A DNA stretch of 63,118 nt, the filler included, from Octopus bimaculoides (lineage: Eukaryota): the NCBI RefSeq assembly GCF_001194135.2. It is 4 parts of 2 records of this genome, joined end to end, with 100 filler letters (N's around TTAATTAATTAA, not from the genome) between each part and the next. Parts side by side here need not be neighbours in the genome. Positions count along the whole stretch, not along the records: positions 40,949 to 55,864 come from NC_068981.1; positions 55,965 to 63,118 come from NC_068994.1; 2 more parts are not named here. One strand, 5' to 3'. The notes below the pieces were generated by a model, which made no database searches, was not told the origin of the DNA, and worked only from the letters and a program-made list of their open reading frames with translations. The translations under genes were made by a program, and so were the position numbers. Below are positions 51,790 through 63,118 of the stretch, piece after piece; within the stretch, counting starts at the first letter, position 1; every line of letters begins with the position of its first letter.

Positions 51790-52351
51790 NNNNNNNNNNN
51801 NNNNNNNNNNNNNNNNNNNNNNNNNNNNNNNNNNNNNNNNNNNNNNNNNNNNNNNNNNNNNNNNNNNNNNNNNNNNNNNNNNNNNNNNNNNNNNNNNNNN
51901 NNNNNNNNNNNNNNNNNNNNNNNNNNNNNNNNNNNNNNNNNNNNNNNNNNNNNNNNNNNNNNNNNNNNNNNNNNNNNNNNNNNNNNNNNNNNNNNNNNNN
52001 NNNNNNNNNNNNNNNNNNNNNNNNNNNNNNNNNNNNNNNNNNNNNNNNNNNNNNNNNNNNNNNNNNNNNNNNNNNNNNNNNNNNNNNNNNNNNNNNNNNN
52101 NNNNNNNNNNNNNNNNNNNNNNNNNNNNNNNNNNNNNNNNNNNNNNNNNNNNNNNNNNNNNNNNNNNNNNNNNNNNNNNNNNNNNNNNNNNNNNNNNNNN
52201 NNNNNNNNNNNNNNNNNNNNNNNNNNNNNNNNNNNNNNNNNNNNNNNNNNNNNNNNNNNNNNNNNNNNNNNNNNNNNNNNNNNNNNNNNNNNNNNNNNNN
52301 NNNNNNNNNNNNNNNNNNNNNNNNNNNNNNNNNNNNNNNNNNNNNNNNNNN

Positions 52352-52413
<62 letters not shown>

Positions 52414-53256
52414 TCATTTTGTTTTGGTTGACTGGGACTTCAAAGTAGGGCTTATTGGCGAACCTACATGTGCACATATTACGCATGTTTTTATGTGTAA
52501 AGTATGATTTTCTTATATATATATATTACATGAGTGTTTGTGTGTGTGTGTATAATGGGACAAGAACGCAAAACATACATACATGCATATATATATATAC
52601 ACACACATATACATGTGTTTGTGTGTGTACGTGTGTGTATGTATGTATGTATATATGTATTTGTATATGTCTGTGTTTTGTGTGTATGTTGTGCATGTAT
52701 ACATACGTGCAAGCACACACACACATACACACACGCACCCACGCACATACACACACGCACAAACACACACATAATTACACACATACATACATACATGCAT
52801 ACATGCATACATACATGCGTACATGCATGCATACATACTTGTAAGTATGTGTAAACACACGCAGGAGGAGACCCGGATAAATGTTATCCCTATATCAACA
52901 ATCACACCCACCTATATACGTATGAGTGTATCTATATATAAAACACATGCATTAATATACGTGACATATATGTGTGTGGTTACATGCGCCCTCGCATAAC
53001 CTATGGTGATGTATGTACGTCTGTGTGTATGTGTTGCATAAATATGCATACACACACACAGATATATACATATATAAATGTCTCGTTTCTTTGTTTCTTT
53101 CGTGGTTCGAAAAAATTTTGTTTTCTATGTTTTCGTTTCTCATTGTGTTTAACGTTTTTTTTATGTACTGTACCCATAAATGCATCTATGTATACATATA
53201 GATGTAGGTCTGTACATATATGTATGGATATCTGCATATATTTATATATTATTTAT

Positions 53257-53290
<34 letters not shown>

Positions 53291-54496
53291 GGACAAAATC
53301 CAAAATTACAGGTAAAAAACTCAATTAAAATCAATTTATAAAAAAATAAAATTAAATTGAGCCTTATAGATAAAGTATATATAAAAATATATAGTTTTAG
53401 GGAAAATAACCAATTTTCAAGAACTCATCGATGAAAATCCACTATCACATATAGAAAAATTAATAATTAAAAGCACAATAAATGAGTATAATNNNNNNNN
53501 NNNNNNNNNNNNNNNNNNNNNNNNNNNNNNNNNNNNNNNNNNNNNNNNNNNNNNNNNNNNNNNNNNNNNNNNNNNNNNNNNNNNNNNNNNNNNNNNNNNN
53601 NNNNNNNNNNNNNNNNNNNNNNNNNNNNNNNNNNNNNNNNNNNNNNNNNNNNNNNNNNNNNNNNNNNNNNNNNNNNNNNNNNNNNNNNNNNNNNNNNNNN
53701 NNNNNNNNNNNNNNNNNNNNNNNNNNNNNNNNNNNNNNNNNNNNNNNNNNNNNNNNNNNNNNNNNNNNNNNNNNNNNNNNNNNNNNNNNNNNNNNNNNNN
53801 NNNNNNNNNNNNNNNNNNNNNNNNNNNNNNNNNNNNNNNNNNNNNNNNNNNNNNNNNNNNNNNNNNNNNNNNNNNNNNNNNNNNNNNNNNNNNNNNNNNN
53901 NNNNNNNNNNNNNNNNNNNNNNNNNNNNNNNNNNNNNNNNNNNNNNNNNNNNNNNNNNNNNNNNNNNNNNNNNNNNNNNNNNNNNNNNNNNNNNNNNNNN
54001 NNNNNNNNNNNNNNNNNNNNNNNNNNNNNNNNNNNNNNNNNNNNNNNNNNNNNNNNNNNNNNNNNNNNNNNNNNNNNNNNNNNNNNNNNNNNTGTGTGTA
54101 TCTATGTATATATGTATTTATGTATGTATTTGCATGTATGTATGTATATATATTAGAGGAAAAATCAAAACCAAAGCAGAACGAGTATCTCAAGTCATTT
54201 AGAATAATTTAATCAGGGTAAGGTGAATTTGAAGTTTTACACCCGTTTCTGGGATAACCCAAGTGGTATGTTAGCATGTCTGTGCACTGGGTATTTCGTC
54301 ATCAGAGACACTGTATGAATATTGTAGACGGGGAAAATTTACAGTTTACAAGGAATAAAATTCACAGCTTATAAGGAATAAAATAGAAAAATAAAATAGT
54401 AAAATAGAAAAATAAATAGTAAAAGTAAGAACGTTTTGTCCCTTTCTCGTATCACTTGTCTGGATGTTTTGCGTTCTTGTCCCATTCTGTATTATT

Positions 54497-54540
<44 letters not shown>

Positions 54541-54705
54541 NNNNNNNNNNTTTTTTACTAAATGCATTTTATTCATAATCATTTATTTATTTGATTAACT
54601 ACTCATAGTAATTAGGCAGAAACATATGTCGGGAAATTGTTTATTTATATGGATAAATAATACATCTAAATACCAGCTCTACTGATTTTTACCGTCCACT
54701 AGCCT

Positions 54706-54824
<119 letters not shown>

Positions 54825-55230
54825 TATGTAATATTTTATATACAAGAAATATATTTTCTGTGCTATTGTCTCACTCAATATATATTGCAAAATAAAAGCA
54901 TTGACAATGCTTAAATATCACAACATCCTGTCTTGGGTGTCAGAATAGACTTATGCTAATATTGTTACTCTAACGAAAGATTGTCTCGAGAAGCAAAATC
55001 CATCCACGCGGACGAATGCCAGGTCTGTGAACTGAAAAAAGGGAGGGGGTTCATTCATAAACATATGAAAAAAAAGGATTCACACACACACACACACACA
55101 TTCGCTCGTATACACAGACTGCTCAAACCTAACCAGTGAAGGCGTCCCTCCATGTGGCAGCTCAACGTGTTAGAAATAGCAGTTAAACCACCATCACATC
55201 ACAACCCACTTGCTATCTTCAAAAATATAT

Positions 55231-55560
55231 AGACGCAAGGAGTGGCTGTGTAGTAAGTAGCTTGCTTACCAACCACTTGGTTCCGGGTTCAATCCCACTG
55301 CGTGGCACCATGGGCAAGTGCCTTCTCGGCCGACCAAAGCCTTGCGAGTGGATTTGGTTGATGGAGATTGAAAGAAGCCTATGTGTGTGTGTCCATCGCT
55401 TGACAACCGATGTTGGTGTGTTTACGTCCTCGTAACTTATCGGTTCGGCAAAAGAAACCGAAAGAATAAGTACTAGGTTTTCAAAGAATATGCCCTGGGG
55501 TCGATTTGTTCGACTAAAGGCAGTGCTCCAGCATGGCAGCAGTCAAATGACAGAAACACA
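55231..55560 (+). mobile_element. tRNA-derived SINE family B (CORE-like), near full-length
   Basis: Head agacgcaaggagtggctgtgtagtaag, B box gggttcaatccc, gggcaagtg.., tail ggcagtgctccagcatggcagcagtcaaatgacagaaac. Confidence 0.9.
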
Positions 55561-55864
55561 AACAAAAAATAATTGAATAATGTGTCTGGAAACAAGACGA
55601 GGTTTGACAAGTTAAAATGCTTTTTGATCATAGGTCTGACTACGTGATCTGGGTTACCCTGGGGGTTACACAACAATAACATCAACAACACCAATAAGGG
55701 TCTCTGGCAACATATAACTGGCCTCCTTCGCCCCCCCCTCCTCCCCCATCGCTAGACAAACGTCCCGTCACCACCAGACATAAATAATCAGCCCTTCTCC
55801 AGGCAAAGTTCATATGTAGACACAACGTATATCATAATGCACACACACACACCACCACCACCAC

Positions 55865-55964
55865 NNNNNNNNNNNNNNNNNNNNNNNNNNNNNNNNNNNN
55901 NNNNNNNNTTAATTAATTAANNNNNNNNNNNNNNNNNNNNNNNNNNNNNNNNNNNNNNNNNNNN
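55865..55964. other. Artificial scaffold join (44N+TTAATTAATTAA+44N)
   Basis: Same pattern as 20643-20742. Confidence 0.95.
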
Positions 55965-56019
<55 letters not shown>

Positions 56020-56175
56020 GCTCTCTCTCACTCACCGAGACACACACATCTCTCTTTGTCTTCCTCATCATCTCGCATTCGAAATCCACTTACTTATTCC
56101 GTGGCAACTGCTTTATACCTTTCGGCTTCTTCATTTCGAAATAGAAAATGGAGTTGACAATTTTCGCTTATTTGA

Positions 56176-56640
56176 CAACAACAACAACAACTTCAGCAGC
56201 AGCAGCAGTAGCAGCGGCTACAACAACAGCAACTTCAGCAGCAACAAAAATACCGCCAAGAACAACACCATAACACTAGCAGCAGCAGCAATGAAAACAA
56301 CAACGACAGCAGCATCAACAACAACAGCATAAACAACAACAGCAACAACAAGAACAGCGACAAGAACGACAACTTACAACAACAGTAACAAAAACAACGA
56401 TGACAACAAGAGTGCAACGCTTGCATGGAGAACACCAGCAAGAAAAGCAACGACAACAACAACAACGAAAAAAACAAAAACAAAAAAAAGCAGCAGCTGC
56501 TTCAAGAGGAGATCAGCAAAAATAAAACAAAACACCAGAAATAGGAATTGTGTAAATAATAGCAGCAGCAGCAACGTTGGAAACGAGAATTGTAACTGTA
56601 TTAACAACAACAAATATCTCTAACAAAGCAACTACCACCA
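56176..56640. repeat. Degenerate (AAC)/(AGC)n tract
   Basis: Direct inspection. Confidence 0.9.
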
Positions 56641-56744
56641 CAACAAGATCGACAATGGCGATCTCAAATGTTCTCAAAACATACGTTGCCTTCAAACGAA
56701 GAGATGCAACAATGTAATCCAAATGCCTTCTCAAAAGACGGTAT

Positions 56745-56900
56745 GGTCACGGTTGGAACGACGCTTCTTAACCACATGGTTCTTGGTTCAGTCCGAACTG
56801 CGGTGAAACCTTGGTCGGGTATCTTCTATAACCTCAGGCCGACCAAAACCTTGTGAGTGGATTTGGTAGACGGAAACTGAGAGAAGCCTGTCGTATGTAT
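56745..56900 (+). mobile_element. SINE family B, 5' half
   Basis: aaccacatggttcttggttcagtcc...gccgaccaaaaccttgtgagtggatttggtagacggaaactga. Confidence 0.85.
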
Positions 56901-57130
56901 TCTGTGCGTACGATCGTAAGTGCAACACCCTAGCCAGTAAGTCATGCGCCCTCACACACAAACGCACATATCTGTGTGTGTGTGTGCGTGCGTGCGCGTA
57001 CGCGCGCTTGTGCATGTATTGTTCGGTTAAGAATTGGCTGATTGAATAGGCTGTATATGATTTATATGATCCAACTTGTTTAGTTTCAAAATTTACGATT
57101 CGTCTTAAGTATCAGAAGTCTTCTTCGTTT

Positions 57131-57170
<40 letters not shown>

Positions 57171-57783
57171 CACACACTCTTACGCGCACAGTAATGTAAA
57201 TAGGATTCTACGTTCAAGTGATTTTGTGTTTGTGTCTGGGGACGTGTGTATGTGTATGCTTGTTAATATGTGAAGTATATCATCTGTTGTTGTACGTTTG
57301 GCAATTTTTAGTGAGCAGAAATTACATAACACACAGTAAAGCATAAGAATGAAGGAAGTGATGGAAAAGTGATAGAAAAATAAACCAATAAAAACTTGAA
57401 GAACATTTGAACGACTCCGCTGCCTCGCGATGTTATCTTAGCAGCTTTTGTTGAAGACTACAATGTATGTTTGTAAAATAGCAACGTTTTAAATTAGCAT
57501 TGTTGAACGTTCTAAGTTTCAAAGGAATATGTAAGAGATCGGCGACTAAGGAAAATATATTGATTTTTTTTTTCTTGTAGTAAATTGAAAACTTCTAAAG
57601 AATGGTAAACTTCTAAAGAATGATAAGTGGTTTAGATATCAAACGTCGAGGTCTGCTTCGGTTTAAGTTATGACAAGAATAAAGTGGAATCCAGTTGCTA
57701 TCGAAATGAGAGGAGTGGTGAGAGGTTTTACGTGCTTGCATAAGTTTTCATATATATATATATATAATATACAAAAAGATATA

Positions 57784-57852
<69 letters not shown>

Positions 57853-58226
57853 NNNNNNNNNNATTTTTAGTACAACGTTTATTCTACACACGTATATATC
57901 TTTCTGAAGAATTTTCTAATATTGATTTCCTGATATTAATAACAATATATTATATAATATATATAATCGCTCCTATTAAATGTATAAATCCTTTAATAGT
58001 ATTAATAATTTAATACAATAAAGCACTCCATGTAAATTCAGTATATAATATTCTCATTGAATATATTTAACTAAAGCTTTATGTATATATATATAATTAT
58101 ATATATTTATATTATAAATTCTCTCCCACAAAAAGGACAAAAAACGAAGAACAAACAAAAGACAACAACGCGAGGACGTGGTACATGTAAAGTATTAGCA
58201 GACGCTCGGGGAAGGAAAGAAAGATG

Positions 58227-58261
58227 GTTTAACGTTTCAAGCAAAGCTCTTCTTCAGAAAC
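58227..58261 (-). ncRNA. Minimal hammerhead motif in a second PLE-derived family (element about 58130-58340)
   Basis: GUUU CUGAAGA A GAGC-UUU-GCUU GAAA CG UU AAAC. Perfect 4-bp stem I; stem II closes with G-U. Confidence 0.6.
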
Positions 58262-58681
58262 AGGAGACAGAGGAAGATTTAATAGAAGAGGAAGACGGAG
58301 GGAAAAAAATCGCCAACGATTCACATGTGGTTACATTTTAAATATATATATATATATATAAATTTCCTGTTACAGTAGTTGATCTGTAAATATTTTCTGA
58401 TTAATCCCAAGAAATGTATGGTTTTGTTACATTAGTAAGAAGCGGTAATTAAACCTCGTTATTATAATATGCATGCATTTATATACTTATATATATATAT
58501 ACGTTTTGTGTGTGTATTCTCGTCTAAAACAGAGACGAGTACCAGCAATCATATGTGGCCTTCTTAAAACAATTGTGAAAATATCTTCGCATAAAATCAT
58601 TGGCTGTCTTATTGATCCATAAAGAAAGACTGTCTAGCAACCATTGTAATATCCAGGACTCATTTTTCCTGTTCACTATTA

Positions 58682-58757
<76 letters not shown>

Positions 58758-58765
58758 GTATATAT

Positions 58766-58808
<43 letters not shown>

Positions 58809-60065
58809 CAGACAGACACAGATGTATATATATGTATGTATGTGTGTGTGTGTGTTTGCTTGCGTGTGTGTATTTAACAAGAATAACATTGTCAGTAACT
58901 TCGAAATTTGGGCCAGCTAAGCCAACTCTCCGATGACGCCGGAACAGACCGAATCATCGAAGGCATTGTCAGCACCGTTCTTCTTGAAGACTAATAAATA
59001 TATCGTCACCAATAATGCATGAGTAAAATTTTAGCATAAAGGTAAAATTGATCTTATCATAACTTAGCAAAAAAAAAAAAACGAAAGTTTAAACATATGT
59101 ATATATAAGCATGTATAAGTGTATGAGTTTGTGCAACTGCGCGTGTGCGAGTGTATTTACATGTGTATGCTAAAAGAGACGCATTTTTCTGAAATACAAT
59201 CATAAACAATTAAAGTCAAGTTTGTGTGGGCCTCAGAAAGAGAAGGAATACAAAGACAGTGTAGAGAGTTAGTGTGACGATCGTGTGTCGGTGTATGTGT
59301 GGTGTCTCCTTTTCTTTCTATGTACGTATGTATATTTTCACCTATTTGTGATATCATATCATATCTATCTATCTACCNNNNNNNNNNNNNNNNNNNNNNN
59401 NNNNNNNNNNNNNNNNNNNNNNNNNNNNNNNNNNNNNNNNNNNNNNNNNNNNNNNNNNNNNNNNNNNNNNNNNNNNNNNNNNNNNNNNNNNNNNNNNNNN
59501 NNNNNNNNNNNNNNNNNNNNNNNNNNNNNNNNNNNNNNNNNNNNNNNNNNNNNNNNNNNNNNNNNNNNNNNNNNNNNNNNNNNNNNNNNNNNNNNNNNNN
59601 NNNNNNNNNNNNNNNNNNNNNNNNNNNNNNNNNNNNNNNNNNNNNNNNNNNNNNNNNNNNNNNNNNNNNNNNNNNNNNNNNNNNNNNNNNNNNNNNNNNN
59701 NNNNNNNNNNNNNNNNNNNNNNNNNNNNNNNNNNNNNNNNNNNNNNNNNNNNNNNNNNNNNNNNNNNNNNNNNNNNNNNNNNNNNNNNNNNNNNNNNNNN
59801 NNNNNNNNNNNNNNNNNNNNNNNNNNNNNNNNNNNNNNNNNNNNNNNNNNNNNNNNNNNNNNNNNNNNNNNNNNNNNNNNNNNNNNNNNNNNNNNNNNNN
59901 NNNNNNNNNNNNNNNNNNNNNNNNNNNNNNNNNNNNNNNNNNNNNNNNNNNNNNNNNNNNNNNNNNNNNNNNNNNNNNNNNNNNNNNNNNNNNNNNNNNN
60001 NNNNNNNNNNNNNNNNNNNNNNNNNNNNNNNNNNNNNNNNNNNNNNNNNNNNNNNNNNNNNNNNN

Positions 60066-60099
<34 letters not shown>

Positions 60100-60486
60100 G
60101 TATACATACACTTATGGATATGGGAAGGAAGGAAGGGAGAGAGGGAAAGAAAGAAAGACAGAAAGGTGCAGAGATTAAATAGATGGAGGGAAAGAGAAAA
60201 CCAGATCAAGCGAGGTGCGAGTAAAGTGGTATCCGTTGCTTTCGGTAAAATTCTATAAAACATGATGTATAATAAATAAATAAATGGATAAATAAATAAA
60301 TAAATAAATAAAACTATCGTGTACTTATAAGATACAATCCCACGCCACTCTCGCTCCCTCTCTCTCTACATATACATAGGTATATATTCGGAGAGAGAGA
60401 GAGAGAGAGAGGGCAGACAGGCAGACAGACAGACGCAGACATACATACGCATACTTTTAATTCTCATTTGATTCCAGTGAAAGTAT

Positions 60487-60628
<142 letters not shown>

Positions 60629-61053
60629 TAGTGAATAATAATAATAATAATAATAATGAATAATAATAATAATAATAATAATAATANNNNNNNNNNNNNN
60701 NNNNNNNNNNNNNNNNNNNNNNNNNNNNNNNNNNNNNNNNNNNNNNNNNNNNNNNNNNNNNNNNNNNNNNNNNNNNNNNNNNNNNNNNNNNNNNNNNNNN
60801 NNNNNNNNNNNNNNNNNNNNNNNNNNNNNNNNNNNNNNNNNNNNNNNNNNNNNNNNNNNNNNNNNNNNNNNNNNNNNNNNNNNNNNNNNNNNNNNNNNNN
60901 NNNNNNNNNNNNNNNNNNNNNNNNNNNNNNNNNNNNNNNNNNNNNNNNNNNNNNNNNNNNNNNNNNNNNNNNNNNNNNNNNNNNNNNNNNNNNNNNNNNN
61001 NNNNNNNNNNNNNNNNNNNNNNNNNNNNNNNNNNNNNNNNNNNNNNNNNNNNN

Positions 61054-61102
<49 letters not shown>

Positions 61103-61612
61103 GTATATATATATATATATATATATATATGCATGTATGTATGTATAGCTCGTTTTTTTTATGGTTAAGCTTGATGAAAGAATGTTAAGTTGCGCTTTAA
61201 GAAAATCACTTTTGACAGAAAGACATCATCTTGAGATACAGATGGACGAGTGGTGCACTTAGAAAATATGGCGCAGTCCGTCTCTTGTTGAAACTGTAGA
61301 AATTTATCGTGGAAGAAGAATTTAGTATGAAAACATTTCCTTCATGGCAGCTATCCATTACAAGATGGTGATCAGCATACATCAAACACATGCAAACCCA
61401 TATTTATTATTTATTATTAAATGTTATTGTTTTTATTTTGTACATTTTTTTTATTACATAAATTTTCTACTTTCTTTCTAAATTCCTTTTCCTACAATTA
61501 CGATACGTGTTTTAGGTTGGATTATACAAACATATGTGAGTCTCCATTGTTTGGTATGAATACATGATAAATATATACACACACATACATGCACATATAA
61601 ATAAATAAATAA

Positions 61613-61645
<33 letters not shown>

Positions 61646-61654
61646 CATAAAAAT

Positions 61655-61972
61655 ACGTTGTTGGCATCCTTTTGTCTCGGGTGACAATGGAGTTGCGCAT
61701 AAAATCCAGTTTTGCGCAGGCTTGGGCTAGATGTAAGAAAGTTCTGGGTAGCCCAATCGTCAAAATTCCTCTCTCAACCTTGCTGACGTGGTCCAAAGGA
61801 GTGCAGAGCATTACGCTTGGCACCAACTTGGTTGCAGGAGTTGCCGGAAGAGTGTCGAGTCGAACACTAAACCGCCTACGGGGCTCCACTCCGGATTTCT
61901 TTCAAGGTTGTCTCCTTTCCGTAACCCTGGAAAGGGTCCCATACCGGGTACTTTCAGCCGGAGCCAGCTGAG
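61655..61972 (-). mobile_element. RTE-related short non-autonomous element (cut by gap)
   Basis: Ends ...gcgcaactccattgtcacccgagacaaaaggatgccaacaacg, an RTE-type 3' end as I recall it, joined to 5'UTR-like sequence (ggcaactcctgcaaccaagttggtgccaagcgtaatgctctg). Confidence 0.6.
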
Positions 61973-62463
61973 NNNNNNNNNNNNNNNNNNNNNNNNNNNN
62001 NNNNNNNNNNNNNNNNNNNNNNNNNNNNNNNNNNNNNNNNNNNNNNNNNNNNNNNNNNNNNNNNNNNNNNNNNNNNNNNNNNNNNNNNNNNNNNNNNNNN
62101 NNNNNNNNNNNNNNNNNNNNNNNNNNNNNNNNNNNNNNNNNNNNNNNNNNNNNNNNNNNNNNNNNNNNNNNNNNNNNNNNNNNNNNNNNNNNNNNNNNNN
62201 NNNNNNNNNNNNNNNNNNNNNNNNNNNNNNNNNNNNNNNNNNNNNNNNNNNNNNNNNNNNNNNNNNNNNNNNNNNNNNNNNNNNNNNNNNNNNNNNNNNN
62301 NNNNNNNNNNNNNNNNNNNNNNNNNNNNNNNNNNNNNNNNNNNNNNNNNNNNNNNNNNNNNNNNNNNNNNNNNNNNNNNNNNNNNNNNNNNNNNNNNNNN
62401 NNNNNNNNNNNNNNNNNNNNNNNNNNNNNNNNNNNNNNNNNNNNNNNNNNNNNNNNNNNNNNN

Positions 62464-62510
<47 letters not shown>

Positions 62511-63014
62511 ACATAGAAAAAGCATGTTTGTCAGCAGGTGTCCACGCTTAATTCAGACAGTGCCTTGCGAGATGGAACTAATGTTTCTCCACTTAATGTT
62601 GACGTTATTAGCATTATTATTATTATTATTATTTTGTGATACTGCAGTTGTTAATGTTGTTGCTGTGTGTTGTCATTATTACTGTTGCTGTTTTCGTTAT
62701 TCATGTGAGGTCAAAGCGATCAACAAAAGCCGACCTCCCATCTACGTATTTCATATATTTCAAGATATTTTTATGCAGAACAAAAAAAAAAAAAAAAAGA
62801 AGAAAGAAATTATAAAAACAATAAGAAACTAAAGAAAAATAGATATGGAAATATGAAAAAATAATTCTGCGACTAAAAATATATTGGATGGAAAATTATA
62901 GAGACACGCTTCTTCACACACGCAGTAGAGATGTATATATTTGTGTATATATATGCATATATATGTGGGTGAGTGTGTATGTCTGTGTCTGTCAATGTGT
63001 AAATAAGTGTGTGT

Positions 63015-63046
<32 letters not shown>

Positions 63047-63080
63047 ATAGAGAGAGAGGCAGACAAACATACATATATGA

Positions 63081-63118
<38 letters not shown>

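Noticed and set aside
54237-54312. Minus-strand CUGAUGA...GAAACGGGUGUA hammerhead candidate
   Set aside because: Stem I does not pair and the base of stem II is broken.
58926-58962. ccgatga..gaatcatcga hammerhead-like relic
   Set aside because: Too many core deviations to distinguish from chance.
61200-61400. High-complexity patch with faint Tc1 transposase resemblance, or an exon of the 51-kb gene
   Set aside because: Stops in all frames and no convincing donor site.

Overview
AT-rich, microsatellite-saturated, gapped eukaryotic genomic DNA, most likely from an Octopus draft assembly (inferred from repeat families I recall and the repeat density; no search was run). Nearly all ORF-track entries are microsatellite or N-gap artefacts. 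Gene content I can support: (1) two phase-compatible coding exons of an LRRC74-like gene on + (32582-32717, 34980-35149), too short for the ORF track, with later exons not visible; (2) a probable first coding exon of a secreted or membrane protein with a signal peptide (to 51561), with a candidate promoter/5'UTR exon near 46.2-46.4 kb. The rest is repeats: several tRNA-derived SINE families, Penelope-like element (PLE) RT and GIY-YIG remnants, RTE, CR1-type and other LINE fragments, mariner remnants and MITEs, Helitron/Helentron derivatives, foldback elements, and mini/microsatellites. The most interesting signal is a set of short PLE-derived elements carrying minimal hammerhead ribozyme motifs (stem I-CUGANGA-A-stem II-GAAA-CG-UH-stem I). 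One family is headed by a tRNA-like Pol III promoter and occurs at two loci as a tail-outward inverted pair. Three 44N+TTAATTAATTAA+44N spacers are artificial joins, so continuity across them is unproven.
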